This document shows, in pieces, positions 27,282 to 39,980 of a DNA stretch of 64,000 bases. This DNA comes from Amoebidium appalachense. Its lineage: Eukaryota; Protista; Ichthyosporea. The DNA lies in assembly GCA_963693365.1 (NCBI GenBank), contig CAVNZM010000014.1:4836001-4900000 (forward strand). Reading direction: 5' to 3'. The notes beneath the pieces are model-generated. The model did not search any database, had not been told where the DNA came from, and was given only the letters and a program-made list of their open reading frames with translations. Every line of letters starts with the position of its first letter. Within the stretch, counting starts at the first letter, position 1. The translations under genes and the position numbers were made by a program.

Positions 27282-27932
27282 TTACATCTGGCTCACATTT
27301 TTCGAAACCCTTTTGCACCACTGTGTTAATGCGGCACGTACGAAACACTGCCGCTTTTCGCTTTTTTCCTCCTGGCTTTCCGGTTTTTTCGCATACACCG
27401 CCGCGGCCGGATAACCATCGTCAGGGTTGCACAGAATGTGGGGTTGAATCTCACCATGGAGAAGCCCCAACGACAGTTTTTTGCTCGTAACCATGACTGC
27501 TTCGATGTGCTCCAACTCAAAAAGAGTCTCTTCCCTCATGTTCATGTGGTTTACAAGCTCGACCCGGTCCCCCACTTCAACACCTAGGTACCACGCGCGG
27601 CTCTTGTGTGCTACCTCAGAAACGTAGACGTGTCCTCTGTATTTGCATATCCGTATACCAAGGCCGTATTTGTGGTTGTCGTAGATTCTCAACTCTCGGC
27701 GGAACGACTGTGGGGAATAGATGTTGTTTTGTTGAATGCCAGAGTAATGATCCGCTTGTAGGAAGTCCTTGGAGTTTTTGTTTTGCTGTGAAATTGCGTG
27801 TGCGTGTGTTCTTGTGGCATGTGCGTCTTTTTGGTTGCATGTGTTGGATGTTGCGCAGACAGTAGGAGCTCGGAGTCTGTGTCTGTTCATTTGTGACTCG
27901 AATGTGCTTGTTGTAGTTTGTTGTATGTGCAT
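27282..27932 (-). CDS. Intronless single-PDZ-domain protein (about 216 aa from the first ATG)
   Basis: RRELRIYDNHKYGLGIRI...HVYVSEVAHKSRAWYLGVEVGDRVELVN matches the PDZ fold pattern (GLGF-like loop, V..V...S.A...G..GD.I..VN). The ORF is repeat-free. Confidence 0.75.
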   Translation of the reverse strand: MHIQQTTTSTFESQMNRHRLRAPTVCATSNTCNQKDAHATRTHAHAISQQNKNSKDFLQADHYSGIQQNNIYSPQSFRRELRIYDNHKYGLGIRICKYRGHVYVSEVAHKSRAWYLGVEVGDRVELVNHMNMREETLFELEHIEAVMVTSKKLSLGLLHGEIQPHILCNPDDGYPAAAVYAKKPESQEEKSEKRQCFVRAALTQWCKRVSKNVSQM

Positions 27933-28827
27933 TTCCAAAGGGATCTCGTTGCGAGTAGGGCTGCCTACAAAACTAGTACGGTCACTACTGCTTACTAAGA
28001 AAGCGGACAATTTTCAAGAACGAGAAAATGTGTCGTTGTATGTGCGCCAACACATATGTATGCGGATGGGACTGCTCGTTGTTTGTGTGCAGGGTAAAGC
28101 TACCACGTGCACCCAAGACTGCAAATAAGATGAAACCCTAATGTTTGTCCTGCTTTATAGTTGCAGTGCGCCCTCTAGGAACTACTGTACTTATGACGTG
28201 CGATTTTCATTGGACGACACGCATGGATTTGTTTGTGTTATGGCCTATTTCGATTGGTTAATCGTAATAACTAATCAACATTTGTTTAAACTCACCATTT
28301 ATAGCTACTCAACTGTGCAAGGTCAAAAGATGATTGGACCAAGATTCTATTTCTAAATGAATACATTCTTGGTAGATCTGTGTGCGTCACTATGTAAAAT
28401 CTTGACGTCATAGCCTAAACTGTAGACTCTAACGCTATTTTTTAGGCCTTTCCATGAGCTCATCATATGTCGGCTGAGGACTTGGTGACGTAAGCATAGA
28501 CCAGAAGCGAACCGTGACAGCTTGCGACTCGCCTTCTTCTTTTCTTCGAACGCCGGCGCCGGCCGCCAACCTTTACACAGCTTTGCTTTGATGTTCTTGT
28601 TGCTTATAATCCTCTGTTTGGATTCTTAATGGAAAAAGGTTACTCTATAAGGGGGGGTTTGTTTCGAGAACTTGGGAGCATTGACACATGCGCACCACTA
28701 CGTTCATATACATAGTCACGACCTCCGTGGAGCTCATTTTTCTTCTTGAACCGCTCACCAAACGTATCCAAATCACAAGCACTTGGAAGCTTTAGAACTT
28801 GTTAACACGTCAAAATCACCCGCCGTC
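27933..28827. promoter_or_regulatory. Putative divergent promoter region between the PDZ gene (-) and the hydrolase gene (+)
   Basis: The starts are head to head and about 0.9 kb apart. The region has no microsatellites and contains TGACGT (CRE-like) x3 and GATTGG x2. Confidence 0.4.
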
Positions 28828-29852
28828 ATGCCTTTTCGAAAGGTGCATGACCACCCCCTCCCCCCCCCTCCCCCCTCCTCCCCCTCCCCCCCCCCTCCCC
28901 CCTCCTCCCCCCCCCCCCCCCTCCCCCAGCCCGCTCTCTCCCCTCCCCTACTCCATCCCTCTGAAGCTGCTTGTGCTCTGTCGACCCTCTCTTCCGTTCC
29001 TGAACTCTTCACCCTGCTTCACACTCTCCTTATGCCTGATGATAAATCAGGAGACTTCATCATGGAGGTGCCTTTAGTAGACACAAGTGCACCATACAAC
29101 CAGGTTTCCTGTGGTGGGCCTCGATACCTTTCTTCCCCCCCCCCCCCCCCCCCCCCCCCCCCAACCCACCCACCCACTCAAAAAACCCGCTGCCCCCCCT
29201 CCTCCTCTTCCCCCTCCCCCTTTCCCTTCCCCCCAATCGCCCATGCCGCCCCGCCCTCCTCTCCTCCCAATCCCGTCCTTCCCCACTCCCCCCTCCCCCC
29301 CTCCCAGGCCACTGCCCGGTCCCCTTCTCCATCCATATGCCGAGTAGGTGCTTAGACAGTACAGTGGCTGTGTGAGCGAGCAAGGGGTGTGGTATTCGAG
29401 GAAGGGAAAGGGGGGGTTGCAGGGGAGGGGGAGGTGGCTGGGGGGTGTAAAAGGGGATGGCCCGAATGGGTCAGAACGGGAGGGCGGGAGGGAGAGAGCG
29501 AGGAAAAGGGCGAGGGAGACGAGGGAGTGGGGTCAGAGCTTGCTGAAGGAACACAGGCCCACTGCACACACACAAGAGCACCCATACAAAGGCAGCAGCT
29601 GAATACGATGTTTGCACACTCTTTGCGGTCTTTGACAGAAACGATTACTTTTAGCTTCACTATTCCCCCCCCCCCCCCCCCCTACCTTACCTCTTCTCCC
29701 TGGTGCCCTGCCCCCCAACTTAAAATCCTGCAACAGACTATTTCTCCGTTTTGCTGTATCCCCCCCCCCCCCCCCCCCCTTTCCCCTCATTCCCCCAGGT
29801 GTGGTCCCCCCTGCCCCCCCCTCCCCCCCCCCCCCCCCTCTCCCCCCCCCCT

Positions 29853-29885
<33 letters not shown>

Positions 29886-30062
29886 AAACCCACCACCCAT
29901 CCACCTACCCACCCTCGTCCGAACCTCCGAAATTCTCCTCTCACCCACTATATCCACCCTTCCTCCTCCCTTTTCATCCCACTTGAGAGTGGTGTGTGTA
30001 CCTGTGTGTGTTTGTGTGAGGGGAGGTGGGTGTGGAAGGAGAAGGGGGGAGAGTGGGTTTGT

Positions 30063-30093
<31 letters not shown>

Positions 30094-30807
30094 GGGGGGG
30101 GGGTGTGAGGGGAGAGAGGGAGGCAAAGCCAAAAATCAGAAACACCACTCTCTCTGTCTTAATCACATTCTCGGTCTTACCTATCGCCCTTTAACCCCGA
30201 ACGGCCCTAACTACCTACACACATACAGAGAAGCAGCAAAAAGTCTCCCGCAGAGAAGCAATCAGCACTCCCGTCACGCCCACAACCAACATCGCGAAAA
30301 CGCAAACATGAGGCAGAAGAACAAAACGAAACAAAAAGACCGGCAAAGAGACCCAGGCCAAGAAAGTCAACCAAGAAAGCCAAAAAGGAAAATCCGGTAG
30401 ATTTGTTACCGGAATACGACCCAACCGCCAAGCCGGTTTTTGTACTCGCGCACGGGGCAGGGACGGATTCCACCCACCCAAATATGCAAAGGTGGAAGAA
30501 TTTACTGTCTGATTTGGGGGATGTTTTTCAGTTCGATTACAAAAAACCTTTTAACAAAATGGAACGGTTGGTGGAGACGCATTTAAAGGGGATTGAGGAT
30601 GCACGGAAACTGTATAAATACAGGCCGATATTCCTTGTGGGTGAGTGTTTGTTTTTAGTTCCCCCGGCACACGCTCCCTTCCCCCTCCCCCTCCCTCCCC
30701 ACCTCCGCCACACCCACCCACTCACACGTCCACCATTTTTTCCGGCCTTCCCTGCTCTTGATGATGATCAAGGGAATGAAGGTGTGTGTGTGTGTGTGTC
30801 TGTGTGT

Positions 30808-30845
<38 letters not shown>

Positions 30846-30860
30846 GTGCGTGTGCGTGAG

Positions 30861-30912
<52 letters not shown>

Positions 30913-30913
30913 T

Positions 30914-30986
<73 letters not shown>

Positions 30987-31353
30987 TGTGTGTGTGTGTG
31001 TGTGTGTGCGTACGTGTGTGTGCGTGTTTGTGTGTCTTGTGTCTGTATGTGCGTGTGTGCAACCTGTGTGCGAGGGGAGGGGAGGCAAGGTGTAGGGCGT
31101 GGCTTTAGTGAACATGGGTGTGTCCCATATGAAGTGGGGAGGGGGGTGGGGGGGGGGGGGGGGGGGGGGGGGAGGGAGGGGAGGGGAAGGGGGAGGGCAT
31201 ATCGTTGTGCCTGTGTTTTTGTTCAAATCTTTTTTGCTCTTTTTTTTCTGGAGCCGTGGTGGGGGGGCGCCGGGGGGGAGGGGAGGGGGGGGGGGGGGAA
31301 GATGGTTGATATGCCTATGTTCTTGTTTGCAAGCAGTTCTCTCCATCCCCCCC

Positions 31354-31388
<35 letters not shown>

Positions 31389-31592
31389 TTCAAAGCCTTT
31401 TCCATCTGCTTTGTGGACCCCGCCTTCTCACCCTCTCTGTCCTGCCCCCCCCCCCCTCCCCCCCCCCCATCCCCTCTCTCTCTGCTCCCCCCTCCCCCTC
31501 CCCCTCCCCCCCCGGCCTTTCCCCCCACCAACCCCCCCTCCCCCCCCCCTTCTTCCACCCTCTGCACCCCTCATCAAACCACAATTCCCACC

Positions 31593-31628
<36 letters not shown>

Positions 31629-32295
31629 TCCCCCTCTCCCCCCTCCTCCCCCTCCCCTTCCCTGTGCATACTCTTTGTGTGGTGTGCACTCTGCATTATG
31701 TTATCCATTATGACTGTCTACTTCGTACTCCATAACGAATTCTAACCCCACCTCCCCCCCCCCCCCACCCCCCCCAACCACCCCTTCCCTCCCCCTCCCC
31801 CCCCCCCCCCCCCCCCCCCCTCACCCTCCCCCCAGGCACGTCGATGGGTAGTCGTGTAGCTGTGCACCTGTATGAGGTTCATCCCCCACCCCCCAAGTCA
31901 GAGCCATGATTGCTCTCGGCTATCCTTTGCAACAGGTACTTTTCCCCCATGCTTCCTCCCTTCCCCCCCCCCCCCCCCCCCCCCCTCCCGCCCTCCTCCC
32001 TCTCCCCCCCCCCCCCCCCCCCCCGCGTTTTCGATTTGGGTGGTTTTTTTTGTGGCTGTTTTGTTTTTTGTACATTGGCGTTTCCATATGTTTAATGCTC
32101 TACTGTATATCCCCCCCTCCCCCCCCCCCCCCCTCGGCCCGGCATTCTTGGCTGTGGTCTTCATTCCAATTTTTTTTCTTCTCTTTATCTAATTCTTGGC
32201 CACTCCGCTCCCAACACCATCTTTGCCCCACCTCTGCATCTTTCTGTTTCACTGAGCACCTTCTGCTTCCCCCCCCCTCCCCCCCTCCCCCTCCC

Positions 32296-32352
<57 letters not shown>

Positions 32353-33080
32353 CTCCCCTTCCCAATCCCTCTCCCCATATCCCCAGTCCCCCCCCCCTCC
32401 CCCCCCCCCCCCCCCCCCAACCCCCCCCCCCTCGCGAAACCAATGCTTTTGCGGAGGCATAGGAACCCCCCTGATGATGGGCTCTGTTCAAGTGTCTTCT
32501 GCCTGCACGCTCAAATTGTTCGAATTTGGCTTTCTCATTTTTGTGACTTTTTTGTTGTTGCTTTTTGTTGTCTCCTCCATATTTCCAACCCACACACACT
32601 AACCCCCCCCCCCCCCCCTTTTCTCCCTACTGACAAAACCCTGCCCTACCTCCCCCCGCCCCCCCTTTCCCCTCCCCCCCCTCCCCCCCCCCCCCCCCCC
32701 AACCCCCCACATAATCAGCCCCGTGGAGACACAAGTCGTGAGCCACCCCTCCTCTCCCTCCCCACCACTACCCGTCTTCTTTTCATCAGCGGCACCAAGG
32801 ACAACATGTGTCCCCCCCTGCCTTGGAGAGTGTAAGGGCCAGAATGAAGGCACGCTCAGAGTTGCTGGTGGTGTGTATCTTTCCATCATACCCACCCACC
32901 CCCCCCCCCCCCCCTCTCCTCCCCTCTCCTGCCTTCCCCCCCCCCCTCCCCCTCCCCCTCCCCCCCCCCCCCCCCCCCCCGCGGTGCTTCGATCTCAGTT
33001 TTTTTTAATTATTTTTGTGACGTTTTGTGGTTTGTCGTCTGGGGTCTTCCCCATATTTCCAACCGTCTAAATGCAAACAT

Positions 33081-33123
<43 letters not shown>

Positions 33124-33267
33124 GGCCGATGATGGGCTCTGCTTTTGACGCATACCGCGAGTTGCTGATGTTGCATAATTGAATGTTTGCCTTTGCATGT
33201 TTCTTGCACGATGTTTTTCATCGTGTTGTTGTACTTCGTAGCGTGTTCCGCATCCTGAACCCCCCCC

Positions 33268-33299
<32 letters not shown>

Positions 33300-33430
33300 T
33301 TCTTTCCCCCTACCAGGGGCTCTGATCAATTATCTGATGTCTGCACATTTGTTTCCATTGTTTTTCATCTATATGATTTTTCAATGTCCTTGCCTCTGCT
33401 CCGTGATTGCCACTCTCTAACTCTAACTCA

Positions 33431-33467
<37 letters not shown>

Positions 33468-33877
33468 ACTAAAAGGTTTTACAGCAAAGGATGGGAGAGA
33501 GGTGAAATGGTTAGCTTTTTGCAGATGACTAAAATCCCCCCCTCCCCCTGAAGATGGGGTGGTTTACTAGTGCGTCTTGCGTGCACGTTTCTTCCAATGT
33601 CTGTTATTTAAAGCCATTAGTTGAAATTCATCATCTGAAGTTTGAGTGCCTTTTGAGCATAACCAACCTCAATTCTATGTGGGGGTTTACGCTGTTTACT
33701 CGAGGCAAAGAGAACCAGTCTCAGGTATGGGGGGGGGGGGGTTTGCTCGGAATATCCCCTCAGCGGTATATCATGATCACGTACATAGATGTCGGGTGGT
33801 GACTATATATCAGGGTTTACTTTCTCTACGAGACACCATAAAGACTACAAGGAGAAATCAATTAGTTGGGGTTCCCC

Positions 33878-33917
<40 letters not shown>

Positions 33918-33949
33918 GGGCTCCCCTCGGGACACTCGGTATCAGCTGG

Positions 33950-34010
<61 letters not shown>

Positions 34011-35521
34011 GTGTGTGTGTGTGCGCGTGCGCTATAATTTTGTAGTGATGTGTTTCTCAAGCCAATCAATACATCTAATAAACAGGTCGTAGTTACGCGT
34101 GTTTAGTATAAAATCAAGGATGTTGTAATTTACAGGTAGGCTATCTTTCTGGGTGTCTGTTGTGAATGTGACGTGTGTGTGTTGCGGTATTATGTGGTCT
34201 ATCAAACTACATTTGGCGATACATGACCGGTTAAACTGGTGTGAGTGTGTGTTGTTTGGGCATGCAAATGATGCCACCTTATACTTATTAGATCTCCACT
34301 GTATAGCACGTGTACAGTAAAAGCGTGGTAATTGATCAATAATACCATCAGCTAGAGAAAGACCAGTTCTACAGGAAGGTAATATGTATTTAGGTGTTAT
34401 ACACTTGCGAGTGCCATATTTGGCAATATGGTTGAGGCGGTCAGTATATATAAAACGAGACATAAGGCTTAGTTTTTCAAGGTGTATGCTTTCATCGGGT
34501 CTAGTGTCGTGTGGTATCTTTTTCCATTTGTTATATTGCGTGATTATCTTGTGATTGTGTACATGTTTAATAAGTAAGTGGCAGTCCAAAGTCACACACA
34601 CACTATTGCGGGGTTTATTTGTATTTGTGCCCAGGGGAGAAGGGGAGAGAGAGGGGAGGAAAGAGGGGAGAGGTGAGGAGGGGACAGGTCGGATAGAGAA
34701 GAGAGGGTGGGAGGGCAAATACTTCTTTAAGCGGCTTATGTGCTTATTGAATTTCAGCGCGAGATAGGATACTCTAGCAGCTATTGGGACCAGACCATAT
34801 ATCGAGAGCGTTACAGGCCCAGGTTTACAACAGTTGTTAGATAGAAAGGAGGCAACTTCTGCTTCAAGGAAATTTGCCAAGGGTTTAAGCGCTCTAGTTC
34901 TCTCTTTCTTGATCCAAGCGGCGAGAAGGGGTAAACCATATTCACATGCCGGGAAGACAAAAGTGCGAATAAATGTAAGTCTAATAGAAGGATGGAGGGG
35001 TGTGTCTTTAAAAATATTAGCCGAGAAGAAAACAGCATTACATGACGTGAATTAAGGGGGTTTCTTTTAGGCCGATTTATGGCCGTTTCGGATCAGGCTG
35101 CGTGGTGTGATGCACGTCTCGCCAATCATAAAGCGTAATAAATCCTTCTCGGGCCTGACCCGACCCGCACACCTAAAAGAAACCATCTTTATAAATGACA
35201 TATACGCTATAATGACGTTAGAACATATTAGCTTTGCCCATATATGGACCAATCCCCCTTTTTTATAAGGTGCTCGATTCCCATAGAAAGGGGGGCCGTG
35301 AGAAACGCTGACATATCGACGTAGTTATTATCATTAAGTGGGCTTAAGGTAATCTCACATTCCACGTAGCCAATGGTTCCTAATCGGTTTTTTCTTTCAA
35401 ACAGATCGAAGGTGGGGATCACAGCCTCAAAGTGAGAAACAGGAGGTTGGGCCAAGAGGCGATCGATGGACACGTAAGTTTCACCCAGTGCAGTGTTTTT
35501 TTTTTTTTTTTTCCTCCCTGG

Positions 35522-35567
<46 letters not shown>

Positions 35568-36041
35568 TAGCGCGGTGTAGGTGTTTTCGGGGTTTAGTTG
35601 AATATCATCGTCGGACACGCGTGTGCATGGGTGGATGAGAATGGGTGGGACAGCGAGGGTGTAGGGTAGTGGAAGTGGCGGGGGGAAGGGGGGGGGGGGG
35701 GGGGGGGGGGGGGGGATGTGAGAGCGTGTTTGCCGGCGGGGGAGAACCAAGGGTGAAAGGGACGAGGAGGGGGGCACATAGGTTAGGGGGGGGAGGAAGG
35801 CGAGGGAGGAGGTAATGGGGGCAGGGGAGGAGAGGGAAACAAGGGGTTCAAGCCAAAACCCCTACGAGCCTTACAAGTTGCACTAACACGTCCCTTCTTG
35901 TGGGCATGCAACACAAACATGCAAAATTGCACGTACAAAGCAAATGCATGTGCATACACACACACACACCCGTGCACGTACACATGAACAGGCGCGTGTG
36001 CACGTTCGCACGCACACAAACACACAAACACACATGTGCGT

Positions 36042-36085
<44 letters not shown>

Positions 36086-36122
36086 ACGCACACGTACACG
36101 CACACGCACACGCACATACACA

Positions 36123-36183
<61 letters not shown>

Positions 36184-36232
36184 CAAGCAGATTGTCGACA
36201 GGATCAGGCAGTTTGTGACGTCATGTGTGTAA
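28828..36232 (+). CDS. Tex30/KANSL3-like alpha/beta hydrolase, about 263 aa; exons 28828-28842, 30229-30640, 31836-31935, 32719-32870, 35405-35473, 36191-36232; two 1-nt frameshifts in C-runs
   Basis: Motifs are VLAHGAG, nucleophile elbow [28 protein letters not shown] and [10 protein letters not shown] (Ser-Asp-His triad). Junctions are GT-AG. The frame is restored by adding one C at about 31890 and one at about 32815. Confidence 0.82.
32436..32592 (+). repeat. Dispersed intronic repeat, variant B
   Basis: It matches 18690-18868 (reverse strand). Its 3' part is echoed again at about 33010-33065. Confidence 0.9.
33125..33262 (+). repeat. Dispersed intronic repeat, variant A (diverged)
   Basis: GATGATGGGCTCTGCTTTTGACGCATAC...GAATGTTTGCCTTTGCATGT...GTACTTCGTA...GTGTTCCGCAT aligns with 43655-43790. 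Confidence 0.85.
34032..35300 (-). mobile_element. Degenerate non-LTR retrotransposon (LINE-like) ORF 3' part, antisense inside hydrolase intron 4
   Basis: A 282-codon open frame (34032-34880) contains [14 protein letters not shown], a Cys/His cluster [18 protein letters not shown] and NILDFILN. These resemble C-termini of fungal-type LINE ORF2. Upstream frames are broken, and no intact YxDD motif was seen. Confidence 0.5.
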
Positions 36233-37017
36233 TACATACACCACGGCTTGTTTCATTGGCCGGAAATCATGTCAGCCAGTTTGGCTGACCGTCGATGAGG
36301 TGCAACATATCTCCCACCTTCTCTCCTCCGTCTCATTGACAATTTGTGTGTATGCCTTTTCCTTTTCGGTTTACAACTCTCTAATATGTAATACATAGAA
36401 CCCCCCCCCCCCCCGGCCTTCGCCGCCAAAAAAAATGGCCGGGAAGAGTTTTGCAGTGTATAATGGTCGAATGGGTTAGAGCACCAATGATATGAAACGA
36501 AGATAATGATGCTTGTGGGGTTGGTTAGAAAGTGGATAAAGAAGGGCACTTCTTGTTTGTGCACGTTCAATTTGGCGAATGATCATATGCCATAGAGAAG
36601 ACCATGTAGCCTACTTAGTCTCTGGCACACGCAGGACAGGGTGAGGGAGAGAGAGAGGGGGGGGGGGGGGGGGGAGGGGGGGGGACCCAAGCACGCACAC
36701 ACATACACGCGCAAGCACACACGCACGCACGCACGCACACACACGCACGCACACACGCACACGCACACGCACACACACGCACACGCACACGCACACGCAC
36801 ACGCACACGCACACGCACACACACACAGACACACACAGACACACGTACACATTTTTGAAATTCAGTTAAATGTAAAATAAGCAGAATAAAAAAGACGGAC
36901 CAGTGCATGGCGTGTGCACGTGATCGGCAGCATACTCGTTATTATTATGTTTCCATATGGCTGGATGTTGTGCTCACGACATCTAATCAGGAAGGTGCAC
37001 ATGGAGGGATCCCTCCC

Positions 37018-37053
<36 letters not shown>

Positions 37054-37750
37054 CCCCGGGTAAGTTTAGCAATTTACCACTCCCGACTCCCCCCTCCCCC
37101 GTATGTGCGTGCCGGAGACTTGTATTATTTTATGACATAATGTATCAATGGTATGTACACGTGGTTTCCCGTGATATTCATTGCGTGCACGTAGCTCTGT
37201 TGGAACAGGCATAAGGCATAGTTGAAGTGATAGCCTGAACCGCGGTTCTGTGGGAACGACAACATGCAAACATGCCACACCGTGACTCTATCTGGATCTA
37301 TTGAGGAATTTACATCAAGACAATTAGCATATGAGCTTACGGATTGGGCAAATGTCACGTATACCCATTGGGCATAAACCATCTACGTGCTGTGATTGGA
37401 GAAATGCGCACCGTGTGGCATGCTACAAAGGATCGGACCCAGCAAGCCTTCTGCTTCAGACAACGCAACCGTGTGTAGAAAGGCTGTGACAAAACGTAGA
37501 AAGTTCATAACGTGAAGGGGAGAATTATATAGAGAAAGGAGGAGTTTCACAGCCAATACTTGTACACTTTTCCATCCGTCGTAAGTTAACTCTGACTAGC
37601 ATCATCGGCTGCGCTGTACCCTTACTCGAGCTCCTGAGTAGATAGGTGCTTGCAGGTGAACAGAGAGTAGCCGCGAGAGTGCGATTTTTAGCATAAAAAA
37701 CTTCAAAACCTCAACAAGGGTATTCACCTTTTAAAAAGAACTCGTGTAAA

Positions 37751-38275
37751 ATGTCTTTGCCAGGTACACCAGCGATTCTCCGCTCAGCACGGGAAGCCAT
37801 GCAACTGGACAATTCACCCAAAAGCCCCCAACTGAGTCTCAAGAGCACACGTTCCGACCTCAGTAGTTCTGGAAGCTTAGCCTCGGGGGGAAGAGCTAGG
37901 GCCTCTCTCCAATATTATGGACCTATCCCCACAACTATAGGCTCCGGCAGCCCTCTCGCGCAATCACCACTTTCAAGCCCTGTTGCAAGCCCCAAGGTGA
38001 ACAGGTACAATGCCATGCCATCACCAATGATGAGGCGAGCTTTGGAAAGCGCGCTCGAGGACAAGTTGAGGGCGGGCCGTCCCCATATTATGGAAGGTTT
38101 GCGTAAAATTTGGACTGCAACAAGCCCTAGTCGTCTTCATATATCATACGACGCAGAGGAAGATGTTGATGGTGGTAACATGTGGCCGGTGGACGCGGAT
38201 GTGACCTTTACGAATCCTGCTTACCAGGCGCCGAGCAAGGTGTTTGTTAACCCGCTCTATGAGCCCATGCAATAA
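37751..38275 (+). CDS. Intronless Ser/Pro-rich 174-aa protein ending in two NPxY motifs
   Basis: The ATG has an AAAATG context and the ORF is clean and repeat-free. It has many SP sites and ends FTNPAYQAPSKVFVNPLYEPMQ. Confidence 0.7.
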   Translation: MSLPGTPAILRSAREAMQLDNSPKSPQLSLKSTRSDLSSSGSLASGGRARASLQYYGPIPTTIGSGSPLAQSPLSSPVASPKVNRYNAMPSPMMRRALESALEDKLRAGRPHIMEGLRKIWTATSPSRLHISYDAEEDVDGGNMWPVDADVTFTNPAYQAPSKVFVNPLYEPMQ

Positions 38276-39277
38276 CTGGGCTAATATTAGTTAGAAAATG
38301 ATGCTTCTTTCTCAGTATAGGTAGTTGGGTATGTATGTGGATAGCACAGAGGAACCAGGTCACAATCCTTTTTCGAGGACGTATCGATTGAAGCAGAGCC
38401 GCTGTTTTGTGCCTTGCAATAACTGTGATATACTGCGCTATGGTGTTTGGGCCAGACAGTGAGCGGGAGTCCTTAGCACGTAGCTTCGAAATGAGCATTA
38501 TCATCTACCTGGTCAGATCATACTCACTATTAGTACTTCATAGGCTTGCGTGTTGAATGTGTTACCAATGGAAGGGAGCTGGACAGGAAGGTCTCTGCGA
38601 GTTTGAGGCTGGTCGTTAGACACCATCGTAGTCAATTGCAACAAAGAACTTCCCCCCCCCCCCCCCCCCCCCCCCCCAGAAAATGGATATCAACTTTCAC
38701 ATAGGGTTCCATGCAGTTTGCTTTCTTTAGGTGACCTAGTAGCTACGTTTAGGACCTGCTCATGCTCATGCTATGCAAATGGTTGTGATTGCTGCTGGAT
38801 CAGCAAAGAAACAAAATTCCCCGAGAAAAAGAAAAACATAACGAAAAAGGCGATCCAACAGAACAACGTGGCTCTGACTGGCAGTCTCTCGCTGTATCCA
38901 CGGTCTGGTTCCTTGCCGCACAAAGCACAGTGGAAGATACGAAGCTGTGAAAAAGTCGCTATCAAGATGCAAAGCTGTGAAAATGTCGTTATCAAAAAGC
39001 ACGTATGTGACAGGAGCTTCAATTCTTTCGCCTCTTCTGCGGCAAGAAGAGACATGGAATTGAGTGGGGTTGGTGTTGCGGGGTTGGGATGGGGTGTTCG
39101 TGCTAAACGGGGTCAATAGGAGGGAAGGTGAAGCGCAAACACGTTGCAACATACAGAAAATTGGCAGTTGTAACTAAAGCGACTTCATCTTGTGTTTATT
39201 TGTGTTGCATTTCTTCGGTAGTAGAGCCGTATCCTCCGTATGTTCTATGCATTAGTGTTTTTATTTTTTTTGTGTGT

Positions 39278-39308
<31 letters not shown>

Positions 39309-39980
39309 GGGGAGGGGGGGAGGGGGGAGGGGGTGAGGGGGGGAAGGAGGGGAGGGGCAGGGAGAGGAGAGGGGGGGAGGGGGGGAGGGGGGGGGGGGGA
39401 GGGGGGAGGGGGGCACAACTTTTGATTGAGCTGGTCACTTTAAACAGTACCCTGTGTTATGACAGTATTTTCCTCTCCTGCTTTGTGAAACGCTTTTGGC
39501 GCAGTCCAAGCCCGGCAGAGCTGTCTCTTTGGAGAAAACGTGAAGTGGAAAAAAAATAAAAAATAGGGCGTACTGGCGGGAAATTTCCGAACCCCGTAAG
39601 CTTCAAGTGAGAAAGTCATGCAAGTATAATACCCGTAATGACTTTAAGCGATCACACGTTTGTAAAGAGTTTTATGAATTTTGAACCAATACCATCAGCC
39701 TGTTACAGTACAGCTGCACCGGAATTATGATTACATATTACGCAACCGGCGCCCAATCCGCTGCGCGTGTGACATGTGCCTGAAAGTTGCCGTATTTGGC
39801 TATTTCGCGCCCGCCAAAATGCCACCCACAACATTCCACAAGACCACACAGGCTCTGTCGGGGGTGAAAACGTAAAACGGTTTTTTTTTAGGCAGGCATT
39901 CTAGCGGAAAGGAGAGAGGGAGAGAGTTTTGTGAAGGGTGATTTTGTGCAGGCGCTGCATAAAAGCGTAGTGACGGAAAA

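Noticed and set aside
29032-29103. Alternative first exon [24 protein letters not shown] for the hydrolase
   Set aside because: It is phase-compatible but has a weak donor (GTTTCC) and no supporting evidence.
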